64,000 nucleotides of DNA from Minisyncoccota bacterium (GCA_035905815.1 JAMIGE010000022.1:18360-82359), one strand, 5' to 3'. Shown: positions 20,639 through 30,779, counted from the stretch's first letter. Notes: generated from the sequence alone by a model not told the origin. Program-made: numbers and translations.

Positions 20639-20779
20639 ATAGTGAGGTACCCGAGCCGGAGGCTGCCAGCTAAGCGTCAGTGATGTAATGCGGGCAGAAT
20701 CATAATGATACATAACGAGTAACATCACAATGATGTATCTCGACCAACATCATGCTGACCATGATTAAATGCCTCAAAC

Positions 20780-20805
20780 AAAGCGCCCACAATGTGGGCG
20801 CTTTT
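20780..20805. terminator. Bidirectional intrinsic terminator
   Basis: aaagcgcccac-aat-gtgggcgctttt. Confidence 0.8.
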
Positions 20806-20916
20806 ATTTGTTTAACACATAAATTACTTGATATGTGCTCCTCAAAAGGTTGGGCATAGATTACAAACAGTCCCTACGCTAGTAATCAAACACTTCTGAG
20901 CCAGAACAAGGTCAAT

Positions 20917-21498
20917 TTAATTTAATCTAGACTCTACCACTTTCCAATTAATCGACTTTATAAAAGTATTAATATAGTCCGCCTTTTTAATACCGTAATC
21001 TGTCATATATGCATGCTCCCACATATCCATAACCATTAGTATATCTGCATTTAGTATTATGTTAGCATTATGCTCGGCAACCCAGGTGTGCATGATAGCA
21101 CCTGTATCGCGGTCTTTGATAAGTAGTACCCACCCTATTCCCCTTATGGTGCCATTACGCCTTAATGACTCTTCCCATCCAGACAGACTTCCATAGCTAG
21201 ACTCCAGTGCAAGCTTGATGTTAGGCGCACTGGCTATGTCAGTAGCCACCTCGCCAGTATTACCCTTTACCAAATTTTCAAAATATAACTCATGGAGCTT
21301 TACACCATTTACCTCCCATCCTAGGCGACGCTTAAGCTCGTAATATTCCATACTACCCTTTTCTACCTTATCCAGCTCTGCTATCATTTTATTACTATTG
21401 TCTACATAACCTTTATACAGAGTAAAGTGATTACTTAGCATAGTATCACTAAAGCCGCCCAATCCCAGCAAATTTGAAAAGTCTTTTTGTGTGTACAT
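20917..21498 (-). CDS. Fe/Mn superoxide dismutase family protein
   Basis: H..LY.GYV, NG..LHELYF, GW, DMWEHAY metal ligands. Confidence 0.9.
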   Translation of the reverse strand: MYTQKDFSNLLGLGGFSDTMLSNHFTLYKGYVDNSNKMIAELDKVEKGSMEYYELKRRLGWEVNGVKLHELYFENLVKGNTGEVATDIASAPNIKLALESSYGSLSGWEESLRRNGTIRGIGWVLLIKDRDTGAIMHTWVAEHNANIILNADILMVMDMWEHAYMTDYGIKKADYINTFIKSINWKVVESRLN

Positions 21499-21537
21499 AT
21501 ATTTATTATTTATATAGATATTATATCACAAATTTAG

Positions 21538-22776
21538 CTAATTTCTGTACTTATTATATATACTTCTAATTGCATTTAATAGTGCAATCATATCTGCGCT
21601 AGTGGTAGATCGTCCCATTGTCACCCTAATATTATTATTTGCATCTGACTTGCTATACCCTAGCGCCTCTAATACATACGAGCCCTCTTCGCTATCACTA
21701 GCACAGGCAGACTTGTGCGAGACTTGATACCCAGCATAATCCAGCCTAATCACCATCTCATCACTAGGGAAGTCCTTAATAATTAAATTAATATTATTAG
21801 GCGATCTTTTTATAATATCATTCTGCGGGCCGACTATTTGAATGAAATTATAATCAGAATTAGAATTTATTATTTCGAATATCTGGCTTTGAATTTTATA
21901 AAGTCGTAAGGACTCTAAATCTCTCACTGCAGAAGCTTCTAAGACTGCGGAGGCACCGCCTACAATACCAGACAAATTCTCTGTACCGGACCTCAGTCCA
22001 GACTCTTGTCCTCCACCAGTTATAATCGGGAGCAGTTGTGGACCCGAACCAGTCGCTAGCACAGCAAAGCCTTTGGGCCCGTAGAGCTTGGCAGAATTAA
22101 AACTGAGCAAATCTATATGCATAGATCGCATATCAATTTTAAAATAATTTAAGGACTGACATGCATCCACATGATATAATACCTTGCTAGTGTCTCCACT
22201 CTTTTCTCTTGCTAAGTTGTATAAATATATAACTCTTCCTAAATCTTTAATATTCTGTACTGTGCCCACTTCATTATTCACATGTATCACACTAGCTAAA
22301 ATAGTATTAGCATCTAATTGCTCGGATAGGTCACGAGGGCTCACCATACCCATCATATCTACTGGAAGGTATTTAATCTTTATAAGACTCTTCTTTTCTA
22401 AATCTTTCAAAGTCTCAAGCGTCGCCGGATGCTCTATAGGCGTTGTTATGATATTGGGTATGTCTAATGCTTTGTCTTTACTTTTTAAATTGTAATATAA
22501 TTCTACACTCCCCCTTATGGCTAGGTTAATACTCTCTGTGGCCGAGCTTGTAAAGTATATATGCTTTGGTTGGCAGTTAATCTCTTTGGATATAATCTCC
22601 CTGCAATTCTCTATCAAGCCTTTAGCTTTTACTCCATCTCTATACAGGGCGGACGGATTATAGAAAAGGCCTTGATGCTTGGACATCTCATTCAAAACAG
22701 CAGCTGATACAGGAGTTGCTGCCGCATAATCCAAATATACAACCCTTTTAAGAATTTTATTTAAAAAACTAAACAT
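21538..22776 (-). CDS. iscS: Cysteine desulfurase (IscS/NifS family)
   Basis: YLDYAAATP, NNEVGT, HVDACQ, KLYGPKG, GGGQE..RSGT, SAC. Confidence 0.9.
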   Translation of the reverse strand: MFSFLNKILKRVVYLDYAAATPVSAAVLNEMSKHQGLFYNPSALYRDGVKAKGLIENCREIISKEINCQPKHIYFTSSATESINLAIRGSVELYYNLKSKDKALDIPNIITTPIEHPATLETLKDLEKKSLIKIKYLPVDMMGMVSPRDLSEQLDANTILASVIHVNNEVGTVQNIKDLGRVIYLYNLAREKSGDTSKVLYHVDACQSLNYFKIDMRSMHIDLLSFNSAKLYGPKGFAVLATGSGPQLLPIITGGGQESGLRSGTENLSGIVGGASAVLEASAVRDLESLRLYKIQSQIFEIINSNSDYNFIQIVGPQNDIIKRSPNNINLIIKDFPSDEMVIRLDYAGYQVSHKSACASDSEEGSYVLEALGYSKSDANNNIRVTMGRSTTSADMIALLNAIRSIYNKYRN

Positions 22777-22837
22777 AGAATCAATATAGCATATTTATGA
22801 TAATTTTGTTATAATATACATCTAATTTAAGAAATTT

Positions 22838-23422
22838 ATGGCAACACTAGAATACAACGAGGTAAAGCCTCGTACATATATTGTTTTAGATGGTGAGCCT
22901 TATGAGTGCACCGAGTCTCAAGTGTCTCGCACTCAAAAGCGCAAGCCTCAGAATCAGGTCAAGCTTAAAAGCCTAATAAGTGGAAAGACTACTCCTATGA
23001 CTTTCCATGCTAGCGATACAGTAGAGGCAGCAGAGATTAGCCGTAGGACTATCAAATTCCTATACGCTAATCGTGGCGAATACTGGTTCGCAGATCCAAA
23101 TAACCCAAAAGATAGATTCCAAATCGAAGCATCGCTTATTGGTGACAATAGTAAATATCTAAAAGATAATACAGAGTGTGAAGCCCTAGTATTTGGTGAA
23201 GATGAAGAGGCTAAAATAATTGGCCTAAAGCTACCTATTAAAATGACATTCCTAGTAAAGGAGGCTCCTCCTAATATTAAGGGTGATACCGCTAGTGGTG
23301 GAGGCAAACTTGCCACCCTAGAAACTGGCGCACAGGTTACAGTTCCACTGTTTATCGAAGCTGGTGAGATGATAGTAGTAAATACCGACACCGGTGAATA
23401 CGCAGAAAGGGTCAAAGCATAG
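22838..23422 (+). CDS. efp: Translation elongation factor P
   Basis: Three-domain EF-P; KGDT, ATLETG..V.VPLFI..G, VNT.TGEY..R. Confidence 0.92.
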   Translation: MATLEYNEVKPRTYIVLDGEPYECTESQVSRTQKRKPQNQVKLKSLISGKTTPMTFHASDTVEAAEISRRTIKFLYANRGEYWFADPNNPKDRFQIEASLIGDNSKYLKDNTECEALVFGEDEEAKIIGLKLPIKMTFLVKEAPPNIKGDTASGGGKLATLETGAQVTVPLFIEAGEMIVVNTDTGEYAERVKA

Positions 23423-23444
23423 CTAGCAGTATTATACATAATAC

Positions 23445-23481
23445 AAACAAAACAGGTCCACATCGTGGACCTGTTTTGTTT
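23445..23481. terminator. Bidirectional terminator efp/TPM
   Basis: 17-bp perfect stem aaacaaaacaggtccac/gtggacctgttttgttt. Confidence 0.85.
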
Positions 23482-23483
23482 TG

Positions 23484-24455
23484 CTACCAGCTCCCACTGG
23501 ACCCACCCCCTCCAGACGATCCTCCGCCGCCAGAGTATCCTCCACCGAAGCCACCTCCACTACTACCACCCCATCCGCCTCCACCTCCACCTCCAAATCC
23601 ACTACCCCCAGCCCACCAGTCTGGTGGTCCACTTTTCTGGCCTGCGGCATGCTCTTTGTAATTTCTAGATACTATGTAGTCAAACACGAGTCCAACTATC
23701 ACCAAAACAAAGGCAAGCAGAGTTTTAATAATTAATATAAATATGAGCAGCGCAATTATGAATCCTATCACTCCACCCAGCCACCAGCTTTTAGATCTTC
23801 CTAATATCGCAGCAATCCATGGGATAACAGCTACTGCTACAAAGAATATTATCCCAACAATATTAATTGCATTATTCATTAGGAAAGTCTTTAGCGCACC
23901 TGGCTGCGTGGCTGCACTGTTTTGAATAATTGGATCATCGGCATTTGCATTTATAACTTGCACTATTGCCTCCGCTGCAGATCTTAAGCCTCTGGTATAA
24001 TCACCACTTTTAAAGTTTGGGGTTATAATATTATTTATTATATTCGCCGATAAGCCATCAGTTACTATGGGCTCTAACCCATAGCCAACTTCGATACGCA
24101 CAGCTCTCTCCTTTATCGCGGCGATTATAAGTATACCATTGTCAGACTCACTATTACCCGGCTTCGCCTTTTCAAAAGCCTTCACAGCATAATGCTCGAT
24201 ATAATCCCCGCTCATGTCTGGTACCGTTAGTATTATGACCTGACTAGTATTACTAGCTGCCAAATTATACAATTCATTATTCAATTCTAGCTCTACCCCA
24301 TCATCTATTACATTGGCATAATCATTAACATACTTGTCAAACTTAAGCTCATCTATAGTAGTGGCATATGCCTGTGAATTTAGAATTACTACATTCAAAA
24401 TTAAAAACAGGCCGAATACTAGTTGTGTGATTCGGCTTGTTTTAATTCGTAACAT
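23484..24455 (-). CDS. TPM domain-containing membrane protein (YgcG-like)
   Basis: YVNDYA, DNGIL, RIEVGYGLE, Gly-rich tail ending GSW; adjacent to lemA. Confidence 0.92.
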   Translation of the reverse strand: MLRIKTSRITQLVFGLFLILNVVILNSQAYATTIDELKFDKYVNDYANVIDDGVELELNNELYNLAASNTSQVIILTVPDMSGDYIEHYAVKAFEKAKPGNSESDNGILIIAAIKERAVRIEVGYGLEPIVTDGLSANIINNIITPNFKSGDYTRGLRSAAEAIVQVINANADDPIIQNSAATQPGALKTFLMNNAINIVGIIFFVAVAVIPWIAAILGRSKSWWLGGVIGFIIALLIFILIIKTLLAFVLVIVGLVFDYIVSRNYKEHAAGQKSGPPDWWAGGSGFGGGGGGGWGGSSGGGFGGGYSGGGGSSGGGGSSGSW

Positions 24456-24478
24456 ATTTACTCTAGAATTACAGTGGT

Positions 24479-25066
24479 TTAGAAGCTTGTGCTAGGTGCT
24501 GCGCTGGCTGCTGGATTCTGTATTTCGAAATATGTCCTTTTTGAAAATCCAAATGCTTTGGCAAATAGATTAGAAGGGAACATTGTCACCTCATTATTAT
24601 ACTCTTGGACCAAGTCATTGTACCTCTGCCTCTCGACATTGATTCTGTTCTCATTACCTTCTACATTGACCCCTCCTACTAATCCACCGACTAGATCAGG
24701 AGTTTTTAAGTTTGGGTATGCCTCCTGCACTGCAGACCTGGCTAGCAATAATCCATTTAATGCTCCAGAGTAATTATTAGCTGCTGCTACTTGCGCTTCG
24801 GCATTACCACTTGCGGCAGTGTAAATCTTCCTCGCTTCTGTTACTAATTGTATTGCTTGTACCTCTGTATCTTTAGCACCTTTGATTGCGCCAATTGCTT
24901 GACTAATACTATCGAATCTCCTCTGCAGTACGCTGTCCACCTGGGCCCACTGCCCATCTACAGCATTATTAATCTTCACCAAGTTATTATACTTACCAAC
25001 ACCATAACTAATAAGCATTATTGCTGCCACCAATACTACACCTAAAGTAATTAAATATTTTTTCAT
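24479..25066 (-). CDS. lemA: LemA family protein
   Basis: YN.LV, W.QV...LQRR, EAYP.LK, ENRI.V.R.RYN, FPSN. Confidence 0.92.
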   Translation of the reverse strand: MKKYLITLGVVLVAAIMLISYGVGKYNNLVKINNAVDGQWAQVDSVLQRRFDSISQAIGAIKGAKDTEVQAIQLVTEARKIYTAASGNAEAQVAAANNYSGALNGLLLARSAVQEAYPNLKTPDLVGGLVGGVNVEGNENRINVERQRYNDLVQEYNNEVTMFPSNLFAKAFGFSKRTYFEIQNPAASAAPSTSF

Positions 25067-25104
25067 ATATGTAAATTATAGCATACATAGGCCCTCGCGC
25101 AAGG

Positions 25105-27720
25105 CTACTTTTGCTTTAGAACTTTCTTCAGATATTGACCAGTATATGACGCTTTATTCTGAGCTACTTGCTCTGGAGTGCCGCTGGCCACCAAATTACC
25201 TCCTCCCACGCCTCCTTCGGGGCCAATATCCAATATGTAATCTGCCGACTTTACTATATCTAAATTGTGCTCGATCAATACTACGGTATTACCTTTATCT
25301 ACTAGCTTGTTAAGTATCTGTATCAGCTTGTCTATATCATCATAATGCAGTCCAATACTTGGCTCATCCAATAAATATATAGTCTTCTCTACGTGTGGCC
25401 TATACAACTCACTAGATATCTTCACACGCTGTGCCTCTCCTCCGGAAAGTGTTGTAGCACTCTGACCAAGCTCTAAATATCCAAGTCCTACATCGTTCAG
25501 TGTTTTAATTCTATCGTGAATTGCTGGTATGTCTTCAAAGAACACCAAAGCCTCCTCTACTGTCATACGAAGTACATCATATATATTCTTGCCTTTCCAC
25601 TTTACATCCAGTGTCTCCTTCATAAATCTCTTCCCCAGACACACATCACAAGTCACATATACGGTAGGCAAAAAATGCATTTCAACTGCTATCTCGCCAT
25701 TACCTTGGCAAGCTTCACATCTACCGCCCTTCACATTAAATGAAAAGCGAGAAGGTTTCCATCCGCGTAGCCTAGCCTCTTCACTTTCTGCAAATAGGTC
25801 ACGCACATGGGTCCAGGCCCCCGTATATGTAGCAGGATTAGATCGTGGTGTACGACCAATTGCGGACTGGTCTATCAGTACTACGCGCGATATATACTCT
25901 GTACCTGTAAACTCTTCTACATTATAAAGCTTGGCAGTACGCTTGGCCCTCTCTAGCCTAGCTTCTAAATTCCTATGCAATAGCTCGTACATGAATGTTG
26001 ACTTTCCTGACCCAGACACTCCAGTGATACATGTCATCTTACCTAGAGGAACCTTGGCATTCATGTTTTTAATATTAAAAGCGTTGCCGTTTTTAATTCT
26101 TATTTCTCCCATTTCTTTATTCCTCCTTGTGACAGGTGTAGCAATTGACTTTTCGCCTCTCAAATACGCCAAAGTACTAGACTTGCTTGCATTTGTTTTG
26201 GCAGTTAACAAGTCTTCTAAATATCCACTAACTATCACATTGCCGCCATGCACTCCAGCAGCCGGGCCGATGTCTACTATGTAATCACTGGCATATATTG
26301 TATCCTCATCATGCTCTACAACTATAATTGTGTTACCCATATCGCGCAGCTCTGTAAGAGTTTTAATAAGTCTATCATTATCACGCTGATGTAGTCCTAT
26401 TGTAGGCTCATCCAGCACATATAGAGCGCCTACAAGTTTTGAGCCTAGCTGGGACGCTAGTCTAATACGCTGGGCCTCACCACCACTTAATGTGTCTGCC
26501 TTACGGTTAAGCTGCAAATAACTAAGTCCGACATTGAGCATAAACTCTAATCTGCTTTGTATTTCTTTAACTACCACATTAGCAATTTCTTTCTCTTTAT
26601 CTGTCAGTGGTAAGCTTACAAAATATTTAAGAGCATCGTCAATTGTAAGATCTGTAATGTCTACAATGTTAACTTTATTAGTGTCACTTAGGAATACATT
26701 GAGTGCCTCTTTACGCAGCCTCTTGCCACCGCAATCATCACAAGCGTCTAGTCCTCCGAAATATTTAGTACCTAGTCCATTACAACTGGCGCACGCACCA
26801 TACGGTGAATTAAAAGAGAAAAGTCTGGGCTCTATTTCTGGGAAAGAGAATCCGCAATTCGCGCAAGAGAATTTATTGCTCATAATACTCCTTTCTCCTA
26901 GCACATCTATTTCTACTAAGCCATTACTTTCATCTATAGCCCTTTCTATTGACTCAGACAGTCTCATTTCAGCATCCTTTTTACTTTCCTTTAGCTTGAA
27001 CTCGTCAATACTTATAGTATCTACAACTACTGATATCTCATGCTTTTTGTTCTTGTCCAGTACAATTTGCTCACGTAGACTCTTTTTCTCCCCATCTATC
27101 AGCACCTCAGTATAACCTTTACCCAAGAGCTCATATAGCATTTGATAATATTCACCCTTCCTACCTCTAACCACCGGCGCTAGTATTACTATATCGTGAG
27201 TACTATACTCTACACCCATAACTTCGCTCTTAATATCTTGGTATTTAACTTTTTTAAGCTTGTCTAATACGAAATGGGAAATCTCATCATTGGTTAGCTT
27301 TTGTATTTTCTCTCCACAGTCTACGCAATACGGCTTGCCTACTCGTGCATACAGAACGCGCAAGTAATCATATATCTCTGTAATTGTTGCTACTGTTGAT
27401 CTAGGATTCCTGCCAGCTGACTTTTGATCAATAGAGATAGCTGGAGACAGCCCGATGATTTCATCTACATCAGGCTTTTGCATTTGATTAAGGAATTGTC
27501 TAGCATATGCAGACAAGCTCTCTACATACCTTCTCTGGCCTTCGGCGAATATTGTATCAAATGCGAGTGACGACTTGCCAGATCCAGACAATCCAGTAAA
27601 CACTATCATTTTGTTCCTCGGCATTTCGACAGTTACATTCTTTAAATTATGAGTCCTAGCGCCACGCACAATGATCTTGTCAAGCTCTGATTTATTTTTT
27701 TTATTAGTTATGGCAACCAT
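25105..27720 (-). CDS. uvrA: Excinuclease ABC subunit A
   Basis: GARTHNLKN, GLSGSGKSSLAFDT, two LSGGEAQR signatures, Zn fingers. Confidence 0.97.
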   Translation of the reverse strand: MVAITNKKNKSELDKIIVRGARTHNLKNVTVEMPRNKMIVFTGLSGSGKSSLAFDTIFAEGQRRYVESLSAYARQFLNQMQKPDVDEIIGLSPAISIDQKSAGRNPRSTVATITEIYDYLRVLYARVGKPYCVDCGEKIQKLTNDEISHFVLDKLKKVKYQDIKSEVMGVEYSTHDIVILAPVVRGRKGEYYQMLYELLGKGYTEVLIDGEKKSLREQIVLDKNKKHEISVVVDTISIDEFKLKESKKDAEMRLSESIERAIDESNGLVEIDVLGERSIMSNKFSCANCGFSFPEIEPRLFSFNSPYGACASCNGLGTKYFGGLDACDDCGGKRLRKEALNVFLSDTNKVNIVDITDLTIDDALKYFVSLPLTDKEKEIANVVVKEIQSRLEFMLNVGLSYLQLNRKADTLSGGEAQRIRLASQLGSKLVGALYVLDEPTIGLHQRDNDRLIKTLTELRDMGNTIIVVEHDEDTIYASDYIVDIGPAAGVHGGNVIVSGYLEDLLTAKTNASKSSTLAYLRGEKSIATPVTRRNKEMGEIRIKNGNAFNIKNMNAKVPLGKMTCITGVSGSGKSTFMYELLHRNLEARLERAKRTAKLYNVEEFTGTEYISRVVLIDQSAIGRTPRSNPATYTGAWTHVRDLFAESEEARLRGWKPSRFSFNVKGGRCEACQGNGEIAVEMHFLPTVYVTCDVCLGKRFMKETLDVKWKGKNIYDVLRMTVEEALVFFEDIPAIHDRIKTLNDVGLGYLELGQSATTLSGGEAQRVKISSELYRPHVEKTIYLLDEPSIGLHYDDIDKLIQILNKLVDKGNTVVLIEHNLDIVKSADYILDIGPEGGVGGGNLVASGTPEQVAQNKASYTGQYLKKVLKQK

Positions 27721-27806
27721 ATTATTAGTATGAATTAAATTAATTATAGCATAAAACTACCCATTTGTCTTAGAAAAAGGAGGGTTCTCTTCTACTGAGT
27801 TTATAA

Positions 27807-28406
27807 TTAGAAAATTTGCTTTTTGATAGTAAAAACATTATTATTTCTTGATAAATAAGAAAATATAACATGATGCATTGTCATAAAGTAAAAAACTTCT
27901 GTAGAAAAAATAGTTCGTATAAAGTTTTTTAAGCCCACTGAGCATAAGAACAAAATAATTAATGTTAAAAATAAATGTTTGTAAAGTATTTCTTTGTAAA
28001 AAGACTTTTGCATTTTTACTGAAGGAAACTTATAATAAAAATACCAAAAAAAATAATGGTAAATAACTATTAGCTTTATAAGTAACCCAGAAATAAGATT
28101 ATCTATAAACATAAAAGCTAGTAGAAATACAAACCCAGACGATAGAATCATGATAGCTTGATTTTCTTTTTTAAAACGAAAAAGGTCAATTGTGTTATGT
28201 ATCAAGAATATAAAAATAACTAAAAATATATAAAGTTTCTGACTTGTATTAAATTGTGAAAATACAGAAAAAGAAAAAAGGAAAGATATTGCACAATAAT
28301 ATAAAAAGTGCTTTAATCCTATCTTTTTAAAAGAATATACATAAGCAAAGTAAAAATGCCCCCAAGATAAGAATATTAGTATCCAGTCGAATATTTTTAT
28401 AAACAT
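27807..28406 (-). CDS. Hypothetical His-rich membrane protein (low-GC island)
   Basis: ~6 TM segments with His in or near helices (WGHF, IHN..D, YHY, MHH). Confidence 0.7.
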   Translation of the reverse strand: MFIKIFDWILIFLSWGHFYFAYVYSFKKIGLKHFLYYCAISFLFSFSVFSQFNTSQKLYIFLVIFIFLIHNTIDLFRFKKENQAIMILSSGFVFLLAFMFIDNLISGLLIKLIVIYHYFFWYFYYKFPSVKMQKSFYKEILYKHLFLTLIILFLCSVGLKNFIRTIFSTEVFYFMTMHHVIFSYLSRNNNVFTIKKQIF

Positions 28407-28426
28407 GGTATAATCATAACATAACC

Positions 28427-29158
28427 ATGATACTTAAACTATCTATTTTATTTATATTGCTAATAATCTCAGGATTTTTTGCTACTCTATTTTTATTTAA
28501 ATTTAACTGGAAAAAGATACAAGAAAAGGAATTGGATAAGAAAATCTTTATGTGGGCACCGTTAGCTTTACTATTTCTTCTTGTATTTTACATTGGATAT
28601 ATTGCCAAGACTCTCTTTCTAATCTTTATTGTTACGATGTCACTAAAAGAATTTTATAAAAACAAAATATTTACAAAAAGTAAATTCTTTGCTGTAGCTT
28701 ATTCTGCGCTATTTATATTAGGATTATTACACATGGCATTGTATGGGAAATTCTTTAGCAATAGTACCTTAATAGTAATAACTGTTCTCATAAGTACCGT
28801 TCTGGCTGATGTCTTTGCTTTTCTCCTAGGAACTTTCAGCCGATATAAATTACCAGAAGTCTTGAACAGTAACAAAAGTTATACGGGTGTATTAGGTCAA
28901 GCTGTAGGGGCTACTTTCAGTGTGATTATTTTAGAAAGATTCATAACTGGGGTTGTGACCCCAAATAAGCTTGTAATAATAACTTCTGTGGCCATAGGAG
29001 CAATTATTGGGGACTTATATAATAGTTATATAAAAAGAAGACTTGGCATAAAAGACTGGTCTAAGTCCATACCTGGACATGGCGGATATGTAGATAGATT
29101 TTGCTCTACAAGTTTTGCTATGATTATAACTTTTTATTTCTTGCTATTTTTATCTTAA
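28427..29158 (+). CDS. Phosphatidate cytidylyltransferase (CdsA/YnbB-like, CTP_transf_1)
   Basis: D..A...G, NKS..G, GDL..S.IKR..GIKDW...IPGHGG..DR signature. Confidence 0.88.
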   Translation: MILKLSILFILLIISGFFATLFLFKFNWKKIQEKELDKKIFMWAPLALLFLLVFYIGYIAKTLFLIFIVTMSLKEFYKNKIFTKSKFFAVAYSALFILGLLHMALYGKFFSNSTLIVITVLISTVLADVFAFLLGTFSRYKLPEVLNSNKSYTGVLGQAVGATFSVIILERFITGVVTPNKLVIITSVAIGAIIGDLYNSYIKRRLGIKDWSKSIPGHGGYVDRFCSTSFAMIITFYFLLFLS

Positions 29159-29910
29159 AACGATCTAAGTTTATAATAGTAATCTTTTATAAAGTTAGAT
29201 TTTTTATGCTCTACTATATAACTATCTTTATACACATGAGTTACTGACATTAAGCAAAAAGAAAATACAAAACAAGCCAAAAAGAAAGTTAACAGAAAGT
29301 TATTAAGTATTCTTTTGTGTATCAGAGGATATATACCCGTGAGAATGATATAAACAAACCAATATCTAGACAACCTAACAATAACTGCAAATACTGTAAA
29401 TATAATAATATTAAGATTATAATCTTGAGCCAAATCTATAAAAACTTTGTAAGGCACACCAGAAAAGGGCTGGAAAATGAGAGCAATAACTCCAAATTCT
29501 TCATACCAAACCCTTGTCTGGTCTAACATGCTCTGATATATATAAGGTACTTGCTCTACACTAAAGTTAGAAAACCTGAAAAAATAGAAAGCAAAAAAGG
29601 TGCCACCTATAGTCCCCCATATATCATAAGTTAGTAGCTTTCTCTTGTTTTTCGCTCTGAAGAAGATAACAAGCAACAACAAAAACTCTGGTATAACGAA
29701 CCAAACTGAGGCTTCGAAAAACGCCCACCAGAACACCATATGGTTCATATGCTTACTTTCTATAAACTTTTCTATTTCTGTATTTATGTTTTTACTACGC
29801 TCCACAAAGATATGTTTCCTTCTGTATAAAAAGTAGAAAAACAAAAACGGTACTATTATACTTATTTGTATTACAAGATAATTAAAAACTATTAATAAAA
29901 TATTATACAT
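29155..29910 (-). CDS. YqaA/DedA (VTT) family membrane protein
   Basis: WAF.EA..WF.IPE and PFSGVPYKVF, R..R motifs. Confidence 0.75.
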   Translation of the reverse strand: MYNILLIVFNYLVIQISIIVPFLFFYFLYRRKHIFVERSKNINTEIEKFIESKHMNHMVFWWAFFEASVWFVIPEFLLLLVIFFRAKNKRKLLTYDIWGTIGGTFFAFYFFRFSNFSVEQVPYIYQSMLDQTRVWYEEFGVIALIFQPFSGVPYKVFIDLAQDYNLNIIIFTVFAVIVRLSRYWFVYIILTGIYPLIHKRILNNFLLTFFLACFVFSFCLMSVTHVYKDSYIVEHKKSNFIKDYYYKLRSF

Positions 29911-30767
29911 AAGAGAAAAAGTAAGTCGAAAATATTTTGATTGTAAGTTACAACAGATATATTTTTTAAAATATATTCGTGATTCTTTAGAACTTTAAAT
30001 CTAAAATATATAAGCCTGGCTCCAACTATAAAAAGAAATGGTAACACTAACATACTATCATGCACATACAACACAAAAATAAAGAGAGAGAAAATACAAA
30101 AGATACCTAACATAAGACTAACAAAAGACGTGCAAGTATGTCCATATCGAATCAAAAAAGTTTGCTTGTTATAAAGCACATCTCCTTTTATATCTCTATA
30201 GTCTTTTAAAATTACTATTGAGACTTTTAGAAGGAAAAATAAAACTAAAACCATTATCAAGTAAAAATTATAAGTTAATCCGTGAGTAAGGTAGTATCCA
30301 TAAACCAGTGGTAAAGAGTATGTGAAAGATAGACTTAATACAGAGAGTATTGGTCTTTTACATAGATGGGCGTTATAAATATAAGATAAGATAACGAGTA
30401 ATAAAGCGAATGCAAAGTGTCTGCCAAAAGCAAGTAAAGACAAGCAGAGTGATGCGAGTGCGAACATCTTAGGTGTTAACTTATATGTTGAGCCAGCAAC
30501 TGATTTAGCATCTACGGGGATTCTATTGTTCATGTTGTTAACTTTATCTATATCTACGTCTCTTATGTTGTTGTCCAGAACTGAGTATGAATAAGCACAG
30601 ATCAATATGAGTATACCAAGATAATAATCAAAACTTACATAAGAAGTAGTAATTGTTCCAGTCTCGAAGAAGTAGCCCATGCTAAATAGCAACACTAAGT
30701 TCAAAGTATTTTCTGGTCTTAGTGATTTTACAAAAGCATTTATATTTTCAAAAGAAAAACTTTTCAA
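29892..30767 (-). CDS. UbiA-family prenyltransferase
   Basis: LRP.N, NNxxDxxIDxxN..R, YxY, KDxxDxxGD...T motifs; probable non-ATG (TTG) start. Confidence 0.85.
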   Translation of the reverse strand: MKSFSFENINAFVKSLRPENTLNLVLLFSMGYFFETGTITTSYVSFDYYLGILILICAYSYSVLDNNIRDVDIDKVNNMNNRIPVDAKSVAGSTYKLTPKMFALASLCLSLLAFGRHFAFALLLVILSYIYNAHLCKRPILSVLSLSFTYSLPLVYGYYLTHGLTYNFYLIMVLVLFFLLKVSIVILKDYRDIKGDVLYNKQTFLIRYGHTCTSFVSLMLGIFCIFSLFIFVLYVHDSMLVLPFLFIVGARLIYFRFKVLKNHEYILKNISVVTYNQNIFDLLFLLCIIFY

Positions 30768-30779
30768 TTTAATCTAAAA

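Noticed and set aside
23432-23735. Pro-rich and Thr/Ser-rich small ORFs
   Set aside because: Shadow frames of the Gly-rich tail of the TPM protein
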